From: Octopus sinensis
Lineage: Eukaryota
Direction of reading: 5' to 3'
NCBI RefSeq assembly: GCF_006345805.1
Contig: NC_043000.1
Span: 107,074,001 to 107,138,000, forward strand
DNA: 64,000 nt
Each line of letters starts with the position of its first letter. Position 1 is the stretch's first letter. Positions 50,399-62,966 of this stretch are shown piece by piece. The position numbers and the translations under genes are program-made. Under the pieces are notes generated by a model, which was given only the letters and a program-made list of their open reading frames with translations, was not told the origin of the DNA and did not search any database.

Positions 50399-51589
50399 CT
50401 GTTTTAAAAAATAGAAACAGTGTTTAAATTTCGTTTTTGGATTTGGTTTGCAAGATTCTTTATATGAGTTCGTGTGTTGAAGCATATTCTGTTGTGTCTG
50501 GGGAGAGTCATTTTGTTTTTGTGCCTTATAATGTAATACACTAAATAAATAACAGACTATTGAAAAGGTTGCAAGACGCAATGAAAATTTTAGGAAAATA
50601 AAGATAAGAAATAAGTGGAAATTTTACCGGTGAGTGTGTTACATTATAAGGCACAAAAAGAAAATGACTCTCCCCAGACACAACAGAAAGTGTTTAAATT
50701 AGCTATTAGCAACAGGAGCAATATTTGTAACAAATAATAATCAGTACATTCAACCTAAATTAGACATTTTATTTACAATGCTGCATAGCATGTAGCATCA
50801 ACCTGAGATAGACATATACAACAGTTTAAGGCATTCTAAACAACATATCCAATTTAGGCTGGATGTGCTAATTATAATTAGTGCTTATTTATTTGACAAT
50901 CTCATTTACCACTCTGCTCATCAAAGACAAAAGGGTAAAGAAATGGACTAATTTAAGAGAAAAGTCTAAAATAATTCACATGAAACAACACAAAATATTT
51001 CATCTTTGTATTTGGTTTGCTAGAATCTTGATGTAAACTCATGTTGAAACATATTTTGTTGTATCTCAGGAGAGTCAAATATCCAGTAAACACAAACACA
51101 CTGGCTCTTACAGTTGTAATATATCTTCGATAGTATGACTTAGAACTTAGTTGTTCTTAGATACACTATTTTAAAGAAATTATCTTAGTAAGATTTTTAT
51201 ATTTCACAGATATTCTTGTTTACCAAATTTACAAATTTTACCCTGAGTCTCTTGTACAATAAAGATTCCATAAATATTTATTGACATTTCCATGAAATTT
51301 TGAAATGTCTGTTTGACAGTTAGATATGCTCTTTTCACTATAGCTTACTCAATTTTCTGGCAGCAGTTGTTTGCAAATTACAACGAAATCAACAAGTTTA
51401 CTTTTCCAAAACTCAGTAACTCACTGTTCTAAATACATTAAAAAACACTGTATATCACACAAAAAGTACAAAACTGAACCCAGCAACACAGCAGGTGTGA
51501 TAAATTTTCTGGAATGTCATTAACAAATGTTCAATTAATTGGCCCATCAACTAATTGGGGTTTTTTACTTACATCACTAAGCTTTACTT

Positions 51590-51912
51590 TGAAAAACACC
51601 CTGTCATATATATTTATCCTACCCTTCTATCACAAAGTCTTACAGTCTTATTTTGAAACACACCTTCCCAGATATATCTACTTACCCTTCTGTCATGAAG
51701 CCTTCCTCTGAAACACCTTCCTAGATATATCTGCTTACCTTTCTATCACAAAGCCTTCCTCTGAAACACACCCTCCTAGATATATCTGCTTACCCTTCTA
51801 TCACAAAACCTTCCATTGAAACACACCTTCCCAGATATATCCACTTACCCTTCTATCACAAAGCCTTCCTCTGAAACACGCCCTCCCAGATATATCTACT
51901 CACCCTTCTATT
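51590..51912. repeat. 55-bp minisatellite, ~6 units, in RBL intron
   Basis: Unit TGAAACACACCTTCCCAGATATATCTACTTACCCTTCTATCACAAAGCCTTCCTC starting at 51654, 51709, 51762, 51817 and 51872, plus a degenerate first unit. Confidence 0.9.
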
Positions 51913-52352
51913 ACTAAGCAATACTTACTCCCATCATTAAGCTTCACTTTGAATCACTCCCTCTGCGATATATCTGTCTTAACCCAGATAAACATAATGT
52001 AATAATAATTTCTTCCATTGGTGTTATGCTAATGATTTTCTATGATCAGATGCCCTTCCTGTCACCACCCCTCACCTACTTCTTATTCATAGATCCCTCA
52101 AAGGTACTCAAGCATAAAATAGACTGTTCCTGGTTAAATTTGAACTTGGTTAGTTTAGCAATGTACCATTCCTGCAACCCCAACCATGGCCCTTTAAATC
52201 CTTTCTTGCCATATTTCTGCTGAAATATTTTACCTTTGTTTTAGTTGATTTTGAAAATAATGAAGAGTTTAGCATAAAAACTTTGTCGCTATTAAGCCGG
52301 TGTTTGGAACATAAGCTAACATGAAATTTTAATGGAGGGTTTTGATTTATTA

Positions 52353-52700
52353 CAATTGCAGCGTGGATGGTGTTTATAAGCCATTTAAGAAACACACAAA
52401 AGCCGTTCGATTCACTTCAACATTTAAGTTTAATTTGTCAAAATATTTTCGTCGCTAAAATCCGCGACCTGTTCACTGACAAAAATCCGTGCTGCATCAC
52501 GGATTTTTGTCAGTGAACAGGTCACGGATTTTAGTGACGAAAATATTTTGACAAATTAAACTTAAATGTTGAAGTGAATCGAACGGCTTTTGTGTGTTTC
52601 TTAAATGGCTTACAAACACCTTCCATGCTGCAATTGTTTTCGTTTCAGCACACGATCTCAGATCAAATTACTTGCTATGCGAGTACATCTCCGTAATTTT
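52353..52700. repeat. 284-bp near-perfect palindrome plus ~60-bp unique tail (foldback MITE-like), copy 1
   Basis: CAATTGCAGC at 52353 mirrors GCTGCAATTG ending at 52636; centre AAATCCGTG-ctgcat-CACGGATTT. Confidence 0.85.
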
Positions 52701-52917
52701 TTATTTATTATCTATCTTTTACTTGTTTCAGTCATTAGGCTGCCTTTAGGGTGGGGCATCGCATTAAAGAATTTTTAGTTGAATGTATCAACACCAGTAT
52801 TATTTTTTTTTAAAGCCTGGTACTTATTCTATCAGTCTCTTTTGCCAAACAACTACATTACAGACGTAAACACCCCAACACCAGTTGTTAAGCAGTGGTG
52901 AGGGAACAAACACACAA

Positions 52918-52968
<51 letters not shown>

Positions 52969-53606
52969 TATATATATATATATACAGATATAGGGTAAAG
53001 AATTATTAATTTAACAATTAATAAATTTTACCAAGTAGTTTCGGTATGGAAAAAAAACCTTTATCGGTAAAAACTTGTACAAAAAGTTATTTTTTATAAA
53101 ATTATAAATATAATTAAGGGTTTAGCAACAAGTTGCTTCACCACATACCGAAAATTAATTAATTAATAATTAATCGTAGACTGTTTGATTTTGTTATTTT
53201 TTTTCTTCTTTTTGCCTATGTGAGTTACAAATATTGTTGTCTGTGGAGTCATATTTGCAGTTAAAAGAATTAGCTGTCTTTTGGCTGCTATTTCTAAATT
53301 TTCGGTATGTGGTGAAGCAACTTGTTGCTAAACCCTTAATTATACATATACAGGCTTCTTTCAGTTTCCATCTACCAAATCCACTCATAAGGCTTTGGTC
53401 AGTCTGAGGCTATAACAGAAGACACTTGTCCAAGATTCCACGCTGTGGAACTGAACCCAGAACCATGTGGTTGGAAAGCAAGCTTCTTACCACACAGCCA
53501 CAAAACAGGAGGTTTGTATCATATACCAAGGAACAGTCTCAGGTGAGTTAGTATCAAAAAGGTTAACTGATGTAATACAAGGAAAGAGAAACAAAAATGT
53601 AATTAC

Positions 53607-53896
53607 CTGTTGACCATGTTGTAAAGTAATTATACGAGTTTGCGAAGATGGGGCAGCATTCTCATTGTTACTGGCTACAATAGTATTAGCAGAGGCATTT
53701 GTCAGATCGGTATTTGTACCAGTGGCACCTACTGTTATTTGCTGTGCCTCAGTACCTGATGACACAGACTCCATCAACACATTTGTTACTTGTGCTGCTG
53801 ATGGTGTTTCCGTGCTGAAAAGTTTCCTGCGGGCAGTTCCAGGGTTAGGTGAACCAAACCGTCCACTGATGGAAGTACTTGGTGATTGCTGATAAT
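53607..53896 (-). CDS. RBL1: RB-like exon, spacer with cyclin-binding RxL motif
   Basis: ccag|AT TAT... reads YQQSPSTSISGRFGSPNPGTARRKLFSTETP...TLQHGQQ|gtaatt; 290 nt, phase 1-0. RFGSP..GTARRKLF corresponds to p107 RYSSPTAGSAKRRLF. Confidence 0.9.
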
Positions 53897-55446
53897 CTGG
53901 TTCAGGGAGAGAAAACAAGAAAAAAAAAAAGATGGTTCATAAACATTGTTTGTTTTAATGTCCACTGTTTCATACTGGCATGGGTCAGACAGAATTTGTT
54001 GAGGCAAATTTTCTATGATCGGCCAGACACCCTTTTTGTCACCACACCTCACCTGCTTCCAAAGTAGGGAATATTTCCCCACTGGAAGACAGGGAAAGAA
54101 CAATATCTGTATGGCTGGGATGCTCATTTAACAATTCATCATATGTCCAAACAAGGGCACACATAAACACACACGCCCATGTACATACAGCACCATCCGA
54201 TCATGGCCGTTTGCCAGCCTCACCTGGCCTCCGTGCCGGTGGCACGTAAAAAGCACCATCTGATCGTGGCTGTTTGCCAGCCTCATCTGGCACGTAAAAA
54301 GCACCCACTACACTCATGGAGTGGTTGGCGTTAGGAAGGGCATCCAGCCGTAGAAACATTGCCAGATCAGACTGGGCCTGGTGCAGCCGTCTGGCTTCCC
54401 AGACCCCAGTTGCACCATCCAACCGATGCCAGCATGGAAAACGGACGCTAAACGATGATGATGATGATGATGATATCATTGTATTTAATTACTCATTTGT
54501 ATAAATTCGGAAATGCTGTTTATTTTATGTCATGTTCAATGTCGTTTGATCGAACGTGCATGAATTAAGTTAGCATTTTCAAATTTATAATCTTGAATAT
54601 CATGCTGACGAAGGAAATGAATTTTACAATTCTCATCCCAAAACACGTACATGATTAACGAAGGACTGGTTAGTTTCGTTATTTGTTTTCTTCTTTTTGC
54701 CTATGTGAGTTACGAGTATTACTACTGTCTGTAGAGATATATTGTAGTAGAAGAATTAGTAGTTTTGACTGCCGTTTCTAAATTTTCGATATGTGGTGAA
54801 GCAAATTTGAGCTCAGAATATAAAGAGCTGAAAGAAACACTGCAAGTCTTTTGTTTAATACACTAACAATTGAGAAACCACCAACAAACGATTAATTCCA
54901 TCAGCATGGGAAAACAGATGTATGATGAGGAATAAAACAACAAGTATCATTATTATTATTATAGTGCACCGGATGAAATGCTTAGCAGCATTTCGCCCAT
55001 CGCTACATTCTGAGTTCAAATTCTGCTGAGGTCAACTTTGCCTTTCATCATTTCAGGGTCGATAAATTAAGTACCAGCTGAGTAATGTTGTTAATGTGAT
55101 CGACTATCCCCCTCCCCACAAAATCCAGGCCTTGTGCCTATAGCAAAAGGATTATTATTATTATTATTATAATGGCTTCAAATTTTGGCACAAGGCCAGT
55201 AAGTTCAAGGGAGAGGCTAAGCCAATTACATCGACCGCAGTGCTCAACTGGTACCACAAAAGGATGAAAGGCTTAGCCAACCATGGCAGAATTTGAACAC
55301 AGATCATAAAAACAGACAAAATAGCACTATGCATTTTGTCCAGTGTGCTAATGATTCTGCCAGCTTCCTATAATAATAATAATAATTGGTTATTTATAAT
55401 GATAGAAGTAGCAGCAATTGTAATAAGTACATATATATTTACTCAC

Positions 55447-55537
55447 AAGTACTTTTCCCTTCATCAACTAACCGCCGGATACCAGGGTGAAGTGGAGGAG
55501 AAGCAGTCATTGTTTCAAGCTGAGAAGGTAGAGATAC
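55447..55537 (-). CDS. RBL1: RB-like exon, spacer start
   Basis: ttgcag|VSLPSQLETMTASPPLHPGIRRLVDEGKST+1 nt|gtgagt; 91 nt. Supplies the phase 0-to-1 link required between its neighbours; SPxxHP resembles p107 SPLMHP. Confidence 0.88.
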
Positions 55538-56537
55538 CTGCAAAGGGGAAACCACAATTAATAAACATCATATTTCAATTAATTTCAAAAATAATCAGAA
55601 TTGGCATACACACAGCTGTGTGGTTATGAAGCTTGTTTCCAACCATGTAGTTTCAGGTTCAGTCCTACTGCAAGGTACCTTCGGGCAAGTGTCTTCTATT
55701 ATAGCCCCATACATAAAAAAATTAAAATTAACCCAGTAGAATTTAAAGTGGTCATATCCAGCCCAGATATTTTACATGTTTTATGTTCATGCCAGCCTGA
55801 TCCAGCCCCTCACACCTATCTTACAAAGTCATTCTAAAAATAAGCAATCACATCTTCAAAATCTCAAAGCTACAAGATAATGAATGATTAATTGAAAACA
55901 GTATGATTAAATAAGCATTACATTTAATAGAGTAATCTGAATATTAAAGGGTTGAAACACAAAAACTACTATAATTACCAAAAACGCTATTCTTATGACT
56001 TTAAAATATTAAGATTTCTTTCACTGATGCTAATTTTATAAAACTCAAGAGAATGAGACAAAAATTGATGCCAGTAGAGAAGAAAAAAATCAATGACACC
56101 AAATCTAACATCATAAATACAGTGTTGAAGGACTTTTTCAGCAGCAAAGATGAACTGAAATTGCATATACACCTGTGAAAGTGTATTTATGTGAAGATGG
56201 GGAAAAATAATCCTTAACTTTACAATTTTATAAGTATGCAAATTAAATTACTGTTTTAGTCTTAAAAGTCAAAATGTATTTATGTATATATTTTAGAAAC
56301 TCCATCTGTGGGAGATCACAAAATTGATAGCAGTGAAATTTCATCTGCAAGCGAGGGAGTGTTTTTGACTCCTGCCATACACCAGCATCTGTATAAACAT
56401 CTACAAAGACTATAAACAGTAAACACCTGTTTTCATCTGCATAGTCTTTATTCTTTGTATGTGAGAGAGACAGACAGAAAAAGACAGGTAACCAAAAAGA
56501 GGAATCTGGTTTCCTTTATGAGAAAAAAGTAAGTTAC

Positions 56538-56633
56538 CTCTTCACAAGTTGGTATGCTCTCCTGCTCACGAATAGCATCCCAAAGAGGAGATGTGCTTTT
56601 CCAAGCATAACTTTCCAGAATAGATTCTTCGAT
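56538..56633 (-). CDS. RBL1: RB-like exon, end of pocket A
   Basis: ttcag|IEESILESYAWKSTSPLWDAIREQESIPTCEE|gtaact; 96 nt, phase 0-0. Matches p107 IEEQILESLAW...LW....VPTCEEV. Confidence 0.95.
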
Positions 56634-57445
56634 CTGAAAAATTGAAAAAAAAAAATAGAAAATTTACAGCAAAAAGGTGAGATAACACAAAATATACTTT
56701 ATCACAGAAATAATTTAATTAAAAAGGAAGTTTCTTATTCATCATCTTAATCCATTAACCTGCAGAATGAAACAATCACCTTAATTACTTTTCTTGTGTG
56801 AAGTCCATAATTCCAAACAATTTGAATCGTCCAAGTATTTTTTATATTTAAAAAAAGAAAGGGAAACAACTAGAATAACCTATAGACGTTTCATGAAGTT
56901 TAAACATAAAATGAAAATAAATTTGTGTTAATACATTAAATGCAAGGAAATAACAGTGAAGAAATTACTACTGGCATCCATGCTAATGGAGCGCTAAGAG
57001 TACCATATGAGTGAGATTGTTGCCAGAGCAACAAGCTGGCCTCCATGCCGATGGCACATTAAAAACACCATTCGAGTGTGATCGTTGCCTGCGTCGCCTT
57101 ACTAGCACGTGAAAAAACATTCGAGTGAGGTTGTTGCCAGTGCCACTGGACTGGCTCCTGCGCAGGTAGCACATAAAAAGCACCTTTTGAGCATGGCCGT
57201 TGCCAGTACCGCCTGACTGGCCCTCATACCGGTGCCACGTAAAAGCACCCACTACACTCTCGGAGTGGTTGGTGTTAGGAAGGGCATCCAGCTCTAGAAA
57301 CTCTGCCAGATCAGATTGGAGTCTGGTGCAGCTATCTGGTTCGCCAGACCTCAGTCAAATCGTCCAACCCATGCTAGCATGGAAAGCGGACGATGATGAT
57401 GAAAGAAAAAGAAACAGTGTAAACACAGTCGACAAGGATACTCAC

Positions 57446-57566
57446 GAGATTCAAATGTTTCACAACATCACGAGAAAGACCTTCTTCAGCCCTGATTACC
57501 ATTTCAATTACTCGATAGAAATGACAAGGACTCAACTCAAAGATTTCAGCAATCCATGGGAATGTC
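57446..57566 (-). CDS. RBL1: RB-like pocket protein exon (first found; pocket A helices, phase 2 to 0)
   Basis: ttag|G ACA... reads (R)TFPWIAEIFELSPCHFYRVIEMVIRAEEGLSRDVVKHLNL|gtgagt, matching the RB-family pocket A motif FPW...FYKVIE...IR.E..L.R...KHLN. The symbol denotes p107/p130-like; RBL1 vs RBL2 is not resolvable. Confidence 0.93.
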
Positions 57567-57907
57567 CTAAGACACAAAACAAATATACTGACTTCAGTAT
57601 TTTCAAGATTTCAAAGATGCATGTAAACAAATGATTTCCAGAATCCAAATGATTGACTCTACTTTAAACTAGAAAGTTATATATACATATATAATGTGGC
57701 CATGTAGTTAGGGTGTTGGATGCATGATAATAAGGTTGTGGGTTCAATTCCTGGACTGCGTGATACTGTTGCGTTGTGGAGCAAAGCACTTCATTTCACA
57801 TTGTTCCAGTCTACTATGCTAATTCAAGTACCAGCCAAGTGTGGTCTTAATTCCCACAAGCTATCAAGTTATACACCCTTGGTATTATCACTTTTGTACA
57901 CACATGC

Positions 57908-57990
<83 letters not shown>

Positions 57991-58230
57991 TATGGTGTTG
58001 CACTCATGATAATAAGATTGTGGTTTCAATTTCTGAGGTGGGCAATGCATTGTGCTCTTACACAAAACTTCATTTCACATTACTCTTGTCCACTCCGCTG
58101 GCAGAAGTGAGTAATCTTTTCATGGACCAACAAACCTATGTCCCATCAGAGTCGGGAGTATAGACATCAGAGAACTTAGGTAACAAGCCTTATGAGCTTA
58201 TGACAAGAGAAGGACATTTGATCCATTATG

Positions 58231-58284
<54 letters not shown>

Positions 58285-59044
58285 TATATTAACAATTAAA
58301 CATTTCTAGACTGACTTCTAAGCAACACATTCAACCCCAATTTTGTTTTTGTTTCTTGTTTCATTCTTTAATAAACAGCTAACATTGCTTTATATACATC
58401 AAAATTAATAAGTAGCAGGCCCTTTTAGACAGCCTTCTGAAAGCCTTATTTATCCACAGTATATACATATGGTGGTCAAACTCTTAAACAGTCACACCCA
58501 AACATTCTTTGTCCAATCCCTGAAAACCAAGGAGATAAATTTATTAAAAATATTTGAATTCTTGATATTTTCCCATAAACAACTGACATCCCTCTCACAC
58601 ACACATATTATATATATAAAGTAAAAGTAGTTAATCCACAATTTTTAAACATTTCCAAAAGAAATGAATGTGCTAAATTATAAAAATTATGACTAAGCAG
58701 AAATTGTAACAGAAAGAAAGCAGTGTATGTATGTGTTTAGGAACATATGTATGCATATATGTATATACACACACACGCTTATATTATGTATTTATACACC
58801 CACACTTATATTATTTATGCATGTATATACATGTGTATTTGTTTATACATATATATGCATATATAAACAAATTTACATATGCTTAAGCAAGCATAAATAA
58901 TGTGTGTGTGTATGTGTCTATAATATATATATACACGTAGGCTCGAAACGTTAAAGACTTTTTCAATTCCCGAGCGTTATACTAATAAATCTGTTTGTTT
59001 CCTACACAACCTGTTTTCGTCTTATTTTTTTCATGAATTCTCCC

Positions 59045-59110
<66 letters not shown>

Positions 59111-59422
59111 ATCCAAACATGAAAACACAAAGAGAAAACACAACAACGTGAGGACATGGAACAAGTATAGTGTTATTGGACGCTCAGGAAAGGAAAGAAA
59201 GGAGGAGGATTTAACATTTCAAGCGGAGCTCTTCGCCAGAAACATAGAAAAAGGAAAGATCCAAGGAAGGAAAGATGGAGGAAAAAAAATCGCCAACCTC
59301 TATCAATGGCTGATGAGTGCTCAGCATTTTAAAACTGTTGTAATACTTACAACATTTAATAAAATGGTGTAGTGCAAAACGATCGTACCAAATTACCAAA
59401 GTTATTCTTGTTGCTTATTTTG

Positions 59423-59462
<40 letters not shown>

Positions 59463-59858
59463 ATGTATATATAATGTATGTGTGTGTATACAAGTATTCA
59501 TATACATACATATATGCATAAACAAACAAACAATGTTTTCTTTTTGTTACAGAATGATTGTGTATATAAGAGACAAGTTGGAAAGAGTTACATAGAGGAC
59601 AAATCATGTGCATAAGAACAGATGTATGTATGTATGTATGCATCACAGACAGAACGTGTCTAACTGAACAAGCACTGTTGTAAACATATTAAGCCTCTAC
59701 CACTCCTTATTAACTTCTTACTTAGCTGTATCCATCTCACACTAACCCTTTTTACCCTTACTCCTATTCTTCAAACAGCTGATAGGTCCATTTCAATTAT
59801 ATAAGTTATACATATATATGCATTGTGTGTATGTGTGTGTGTGCGTGTAATATTTTTT

Positions 59859-60610
59859 GGCTGTGTGGTAAGAAGCTTGCTTCCCAACTACATGGTTCCA
59901 GGTTCAGTCCCACTGCATGGCATCTTGGGTAAGTGTCTTCTGCTATAGCCCCAGGTTGACCAAAGCCTTATGAGTGGATTTGGTAGATGGAAACTGAAAG
60001 AAGCCCATCGTATATGTGTGTGTGCGTGAGTGTGCTTGTTCACTCTGCCATCACTTAACTGATGTTGGTGTGTTTACGTCCCCAAAACGTAGCAGTTCAG
60101 CAAAAGAGACCAATAGAATAAGTACTAGGCTTACAAAGAATAAGTCCTGGGGTCGATTTGTTCAGCTAAAGGTGGTGCTCTAGCATGGTCACAGTCAAAT
60201 GACTGAAAAGAATAAAAGATAATATATATATACATGTATAGTTTCAGTCATGTGACTGTGGCCATGCTGAAGCACTGCCTTAAAGGGTTTTAGTCAAAGA
60301 GATCGATCTCAGGACTTATTCTTTGTAAGCCTAGTACTTATTCTATCAGTCTCTTTTGCCAAACCACTAAGTTATGGGGATGTAAACACACCAACATCAG
60401 TTGTCAAGTGATGGTGGTGGGGGGACAAACACAGACACAAAGACACACACACACACTCACACACATAATTATATACATATATTTCTACGATGGGCTTTTT
60501 TCAGTTTCCCTCTACTAAATCCACTCACAAGGCTTTGGTCGATCCGAGACTATAGCAGAAAACACCCAAGGTGCCACACAGTGGGACTGAACCCAGAATC
60601 ATGCGGCTAG
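59859..60610. mobile_element. Two SINE family A copies in tail-to-tail inverted orientation
   Basis: Plus copy about 59859-60220, minus copy about 60241-60610, with a ~20-bp AT spacer. Confidence 0.82.
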
Positions 60611-62389
60611 GAAAACATACTTTATTTGTGGGTTAACAGGGCTACACTTGGTTCCATGCAAAGAAGTCTCTCTGCTATGTTGATACTCACCTCCAAGATG
60701 GAGACAAGTACCAACATACCATGTGGGAGGCTTGATAATTGCTAAGAGATTTCTCTCGACATGAAACCAATAGTAGCCTTTTTAACATACAAATAAGGAA
60801 TATTTATCTGCCAATGGAGTGTTGAGTGCTCATTCTAATTATTCGATATTAGCACGTGTGTGTGTGTGTATTTGGCTGTGTCTCAGATGCTGTAGGGAAC
60901 TTGCCTCCCATCTCAGTCATAAGATAAGGGCATTCTCGTGGCTAAGAGTAGCTTTGACTCTTATTTCTAGCAATGCTGGTGCTAACTAGTACCCTTAGTC
61001 ACTTTCATGCTTCTGTCTTTTGGTTGTAAATTGCAAATAAGCTACCTTTATTATTGAGAGAGAGAGAGAGAGAGAGAGAGACAATCACTACATAAGTGTT
61101 TTGTGGGATTATGTCAGATTATCTCCCTTCATGCAAAACCCAAAAGATAACATTTTAATTTCTGATAAAACTTACAAAACATGAATGAAAGTTTTGATAA
61201 CTTTGCATGAGGGAGCTTGTATTTGGTTGCTTGGTTACTCAAAATAACAGCAAACTCTCCCCCAAGTAACATACTACTGTCTTGTGTAAGATCAGGAAAC
61301 AGATAATACTAACAATAAAACAAGGTGGCCACATCTGAAATGCATCTGATTATAAACCTGTTTCATTGGAGTTGACCAGGTTGCAAGGCAACCTCCTATT
61401 TTATATTCATAACTTGTACAATTATTTATACTCATAACTTGAGTCAAGGAAAGAAATATTACATCTGATTCTCCATTGAAAATCATCTTCATAAAGTTGT
61501 ATATCAGTAACAGAATGGTTATTTCATCTTTAAAATATAAACCATATTGCATCTGTTCCTCACTTATTTAACCCTTTTGTTACCCTATTTCTGCTGAAAT
61601 ACACAGCTTTTGCTTCAATTAATTCTGAAAATAATGAAGAATTTAGTAAAACTGTTGTTGTTAAGTTGGTGTTTGGAATAGAAATTCTGAGTTGATATCA
61701 TACAACTAACCACAAGCACTTTAGGGAGTTTGGTTGACCATCCTAACCAATGAATAATCAGACAAGTTTAGTGATTGTCAAAACAGCAACTAAAACCAAA
61801 ACTTTATTATAAAAAAATAGGCTAGCATTATAATTCTGCAATGCACTAAACTGTTGCTTTGTAAAAACAATTGTATTAACAGTACTAACTTGTTATGCTA
61901 AAAAGGGGTATAAATCAAATGTGAAAAATCTTTTGGCTATCAACAAAGCATTCTCACCACCAACAGTCTCAACTTTTACCATGAGAAACAAATAGATGAT
62001 TGGGAATAGAAACTCTCTTACTGGTGAGAAATGATTCCTTTAAGAGAGATTAGTGATTATCAGCTTCCAAATAATTACAAGAAAATAAATGACATGTAGA
62101 AACAGAAGGTTAAGTGATTCCACAATTTGATGTAACTTCCAATCAACATTTAATGACATGTCTTTTTAGACAGTGAGTATTTGATAGACAACTAGGTGTA
62201 CTCCAGGTTCAAGCAGCAGCAAGTCATTAAACAGTTTTAGAATGGACCAAGGCCCCAACTAAGTATCACTGTACTGGAATAGTGCAGTGACTAAGGCTAT
62301 AAGGCAATACAACAGAAATGAAAAGAAATGTAATAATCAGGAAGGATATCAGAAAGTTAGACAAGATTATATAACTTAAGTACATTCAA

Positions 62390-62750
62390 CCAGGCAAGAA
62401 GCTGAAAGGAAGGAGATTGCTAATGTTCTGCACCATGAGGGTGAGTGGTATGGAGAGTTCCAGATTAAAAGGCAGTGAGTTCATGCAAGCAGGATGTTAC
62501 TAACACAATTCTCCTCAGTAACAATAAAAAGGTGGATGCATGAAAATATTTAAGATTGCTTAATAAAAACAAACTATGAGTGGGATAGTGAGAATCTATC
62601 TCAAAATGAACAGAAGAAAACAAATATTGAGATTAGTTTCAGCATAGAGTAGCAATTTAGGATATAATTGGGAAGGGTCTAAGAAAATGGTAAGTCTATA
62701 ATAGATAGTTGTTGATATCTTGAAGCATCAGGCTACAAAAAACTATAACA
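62390..62750 (+). mobile_element. Heavily decayed RTE-like LINE ORF fragment
   Basis: AERKEIANVL...FQIKRQ and DA*K.YLRLLN...EWDSENL across frameshifts resemble the RTE EN-RT linker. Confidence 0.4.
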
Positions 62751-62966
62751 GTTAAAGCAAAGTTAGCACAGCTAAAGTTATATGAAGCCAGTGACATTAC
62801 TTTAAGAGTTTTATTTTTATGTGGTACAAATACTTTTTGAATAATTGACAATACATAGAGTAATATTTTGAAAGAAAATGATTAAGATGGTCGTGAGAAG
62901 GAAGAATTAGAGAAAAATCAGAGCATAAAGAACAAAACATAAATTAAAAGAATAGCATTAAAAATT

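Noticed and set aside
51590-51912. Regularly spaced repeat resembling a CRISPR array
   Set aside because: Units are contiguous with no unique spacers, in a eukaryotic intron with no cas genes.
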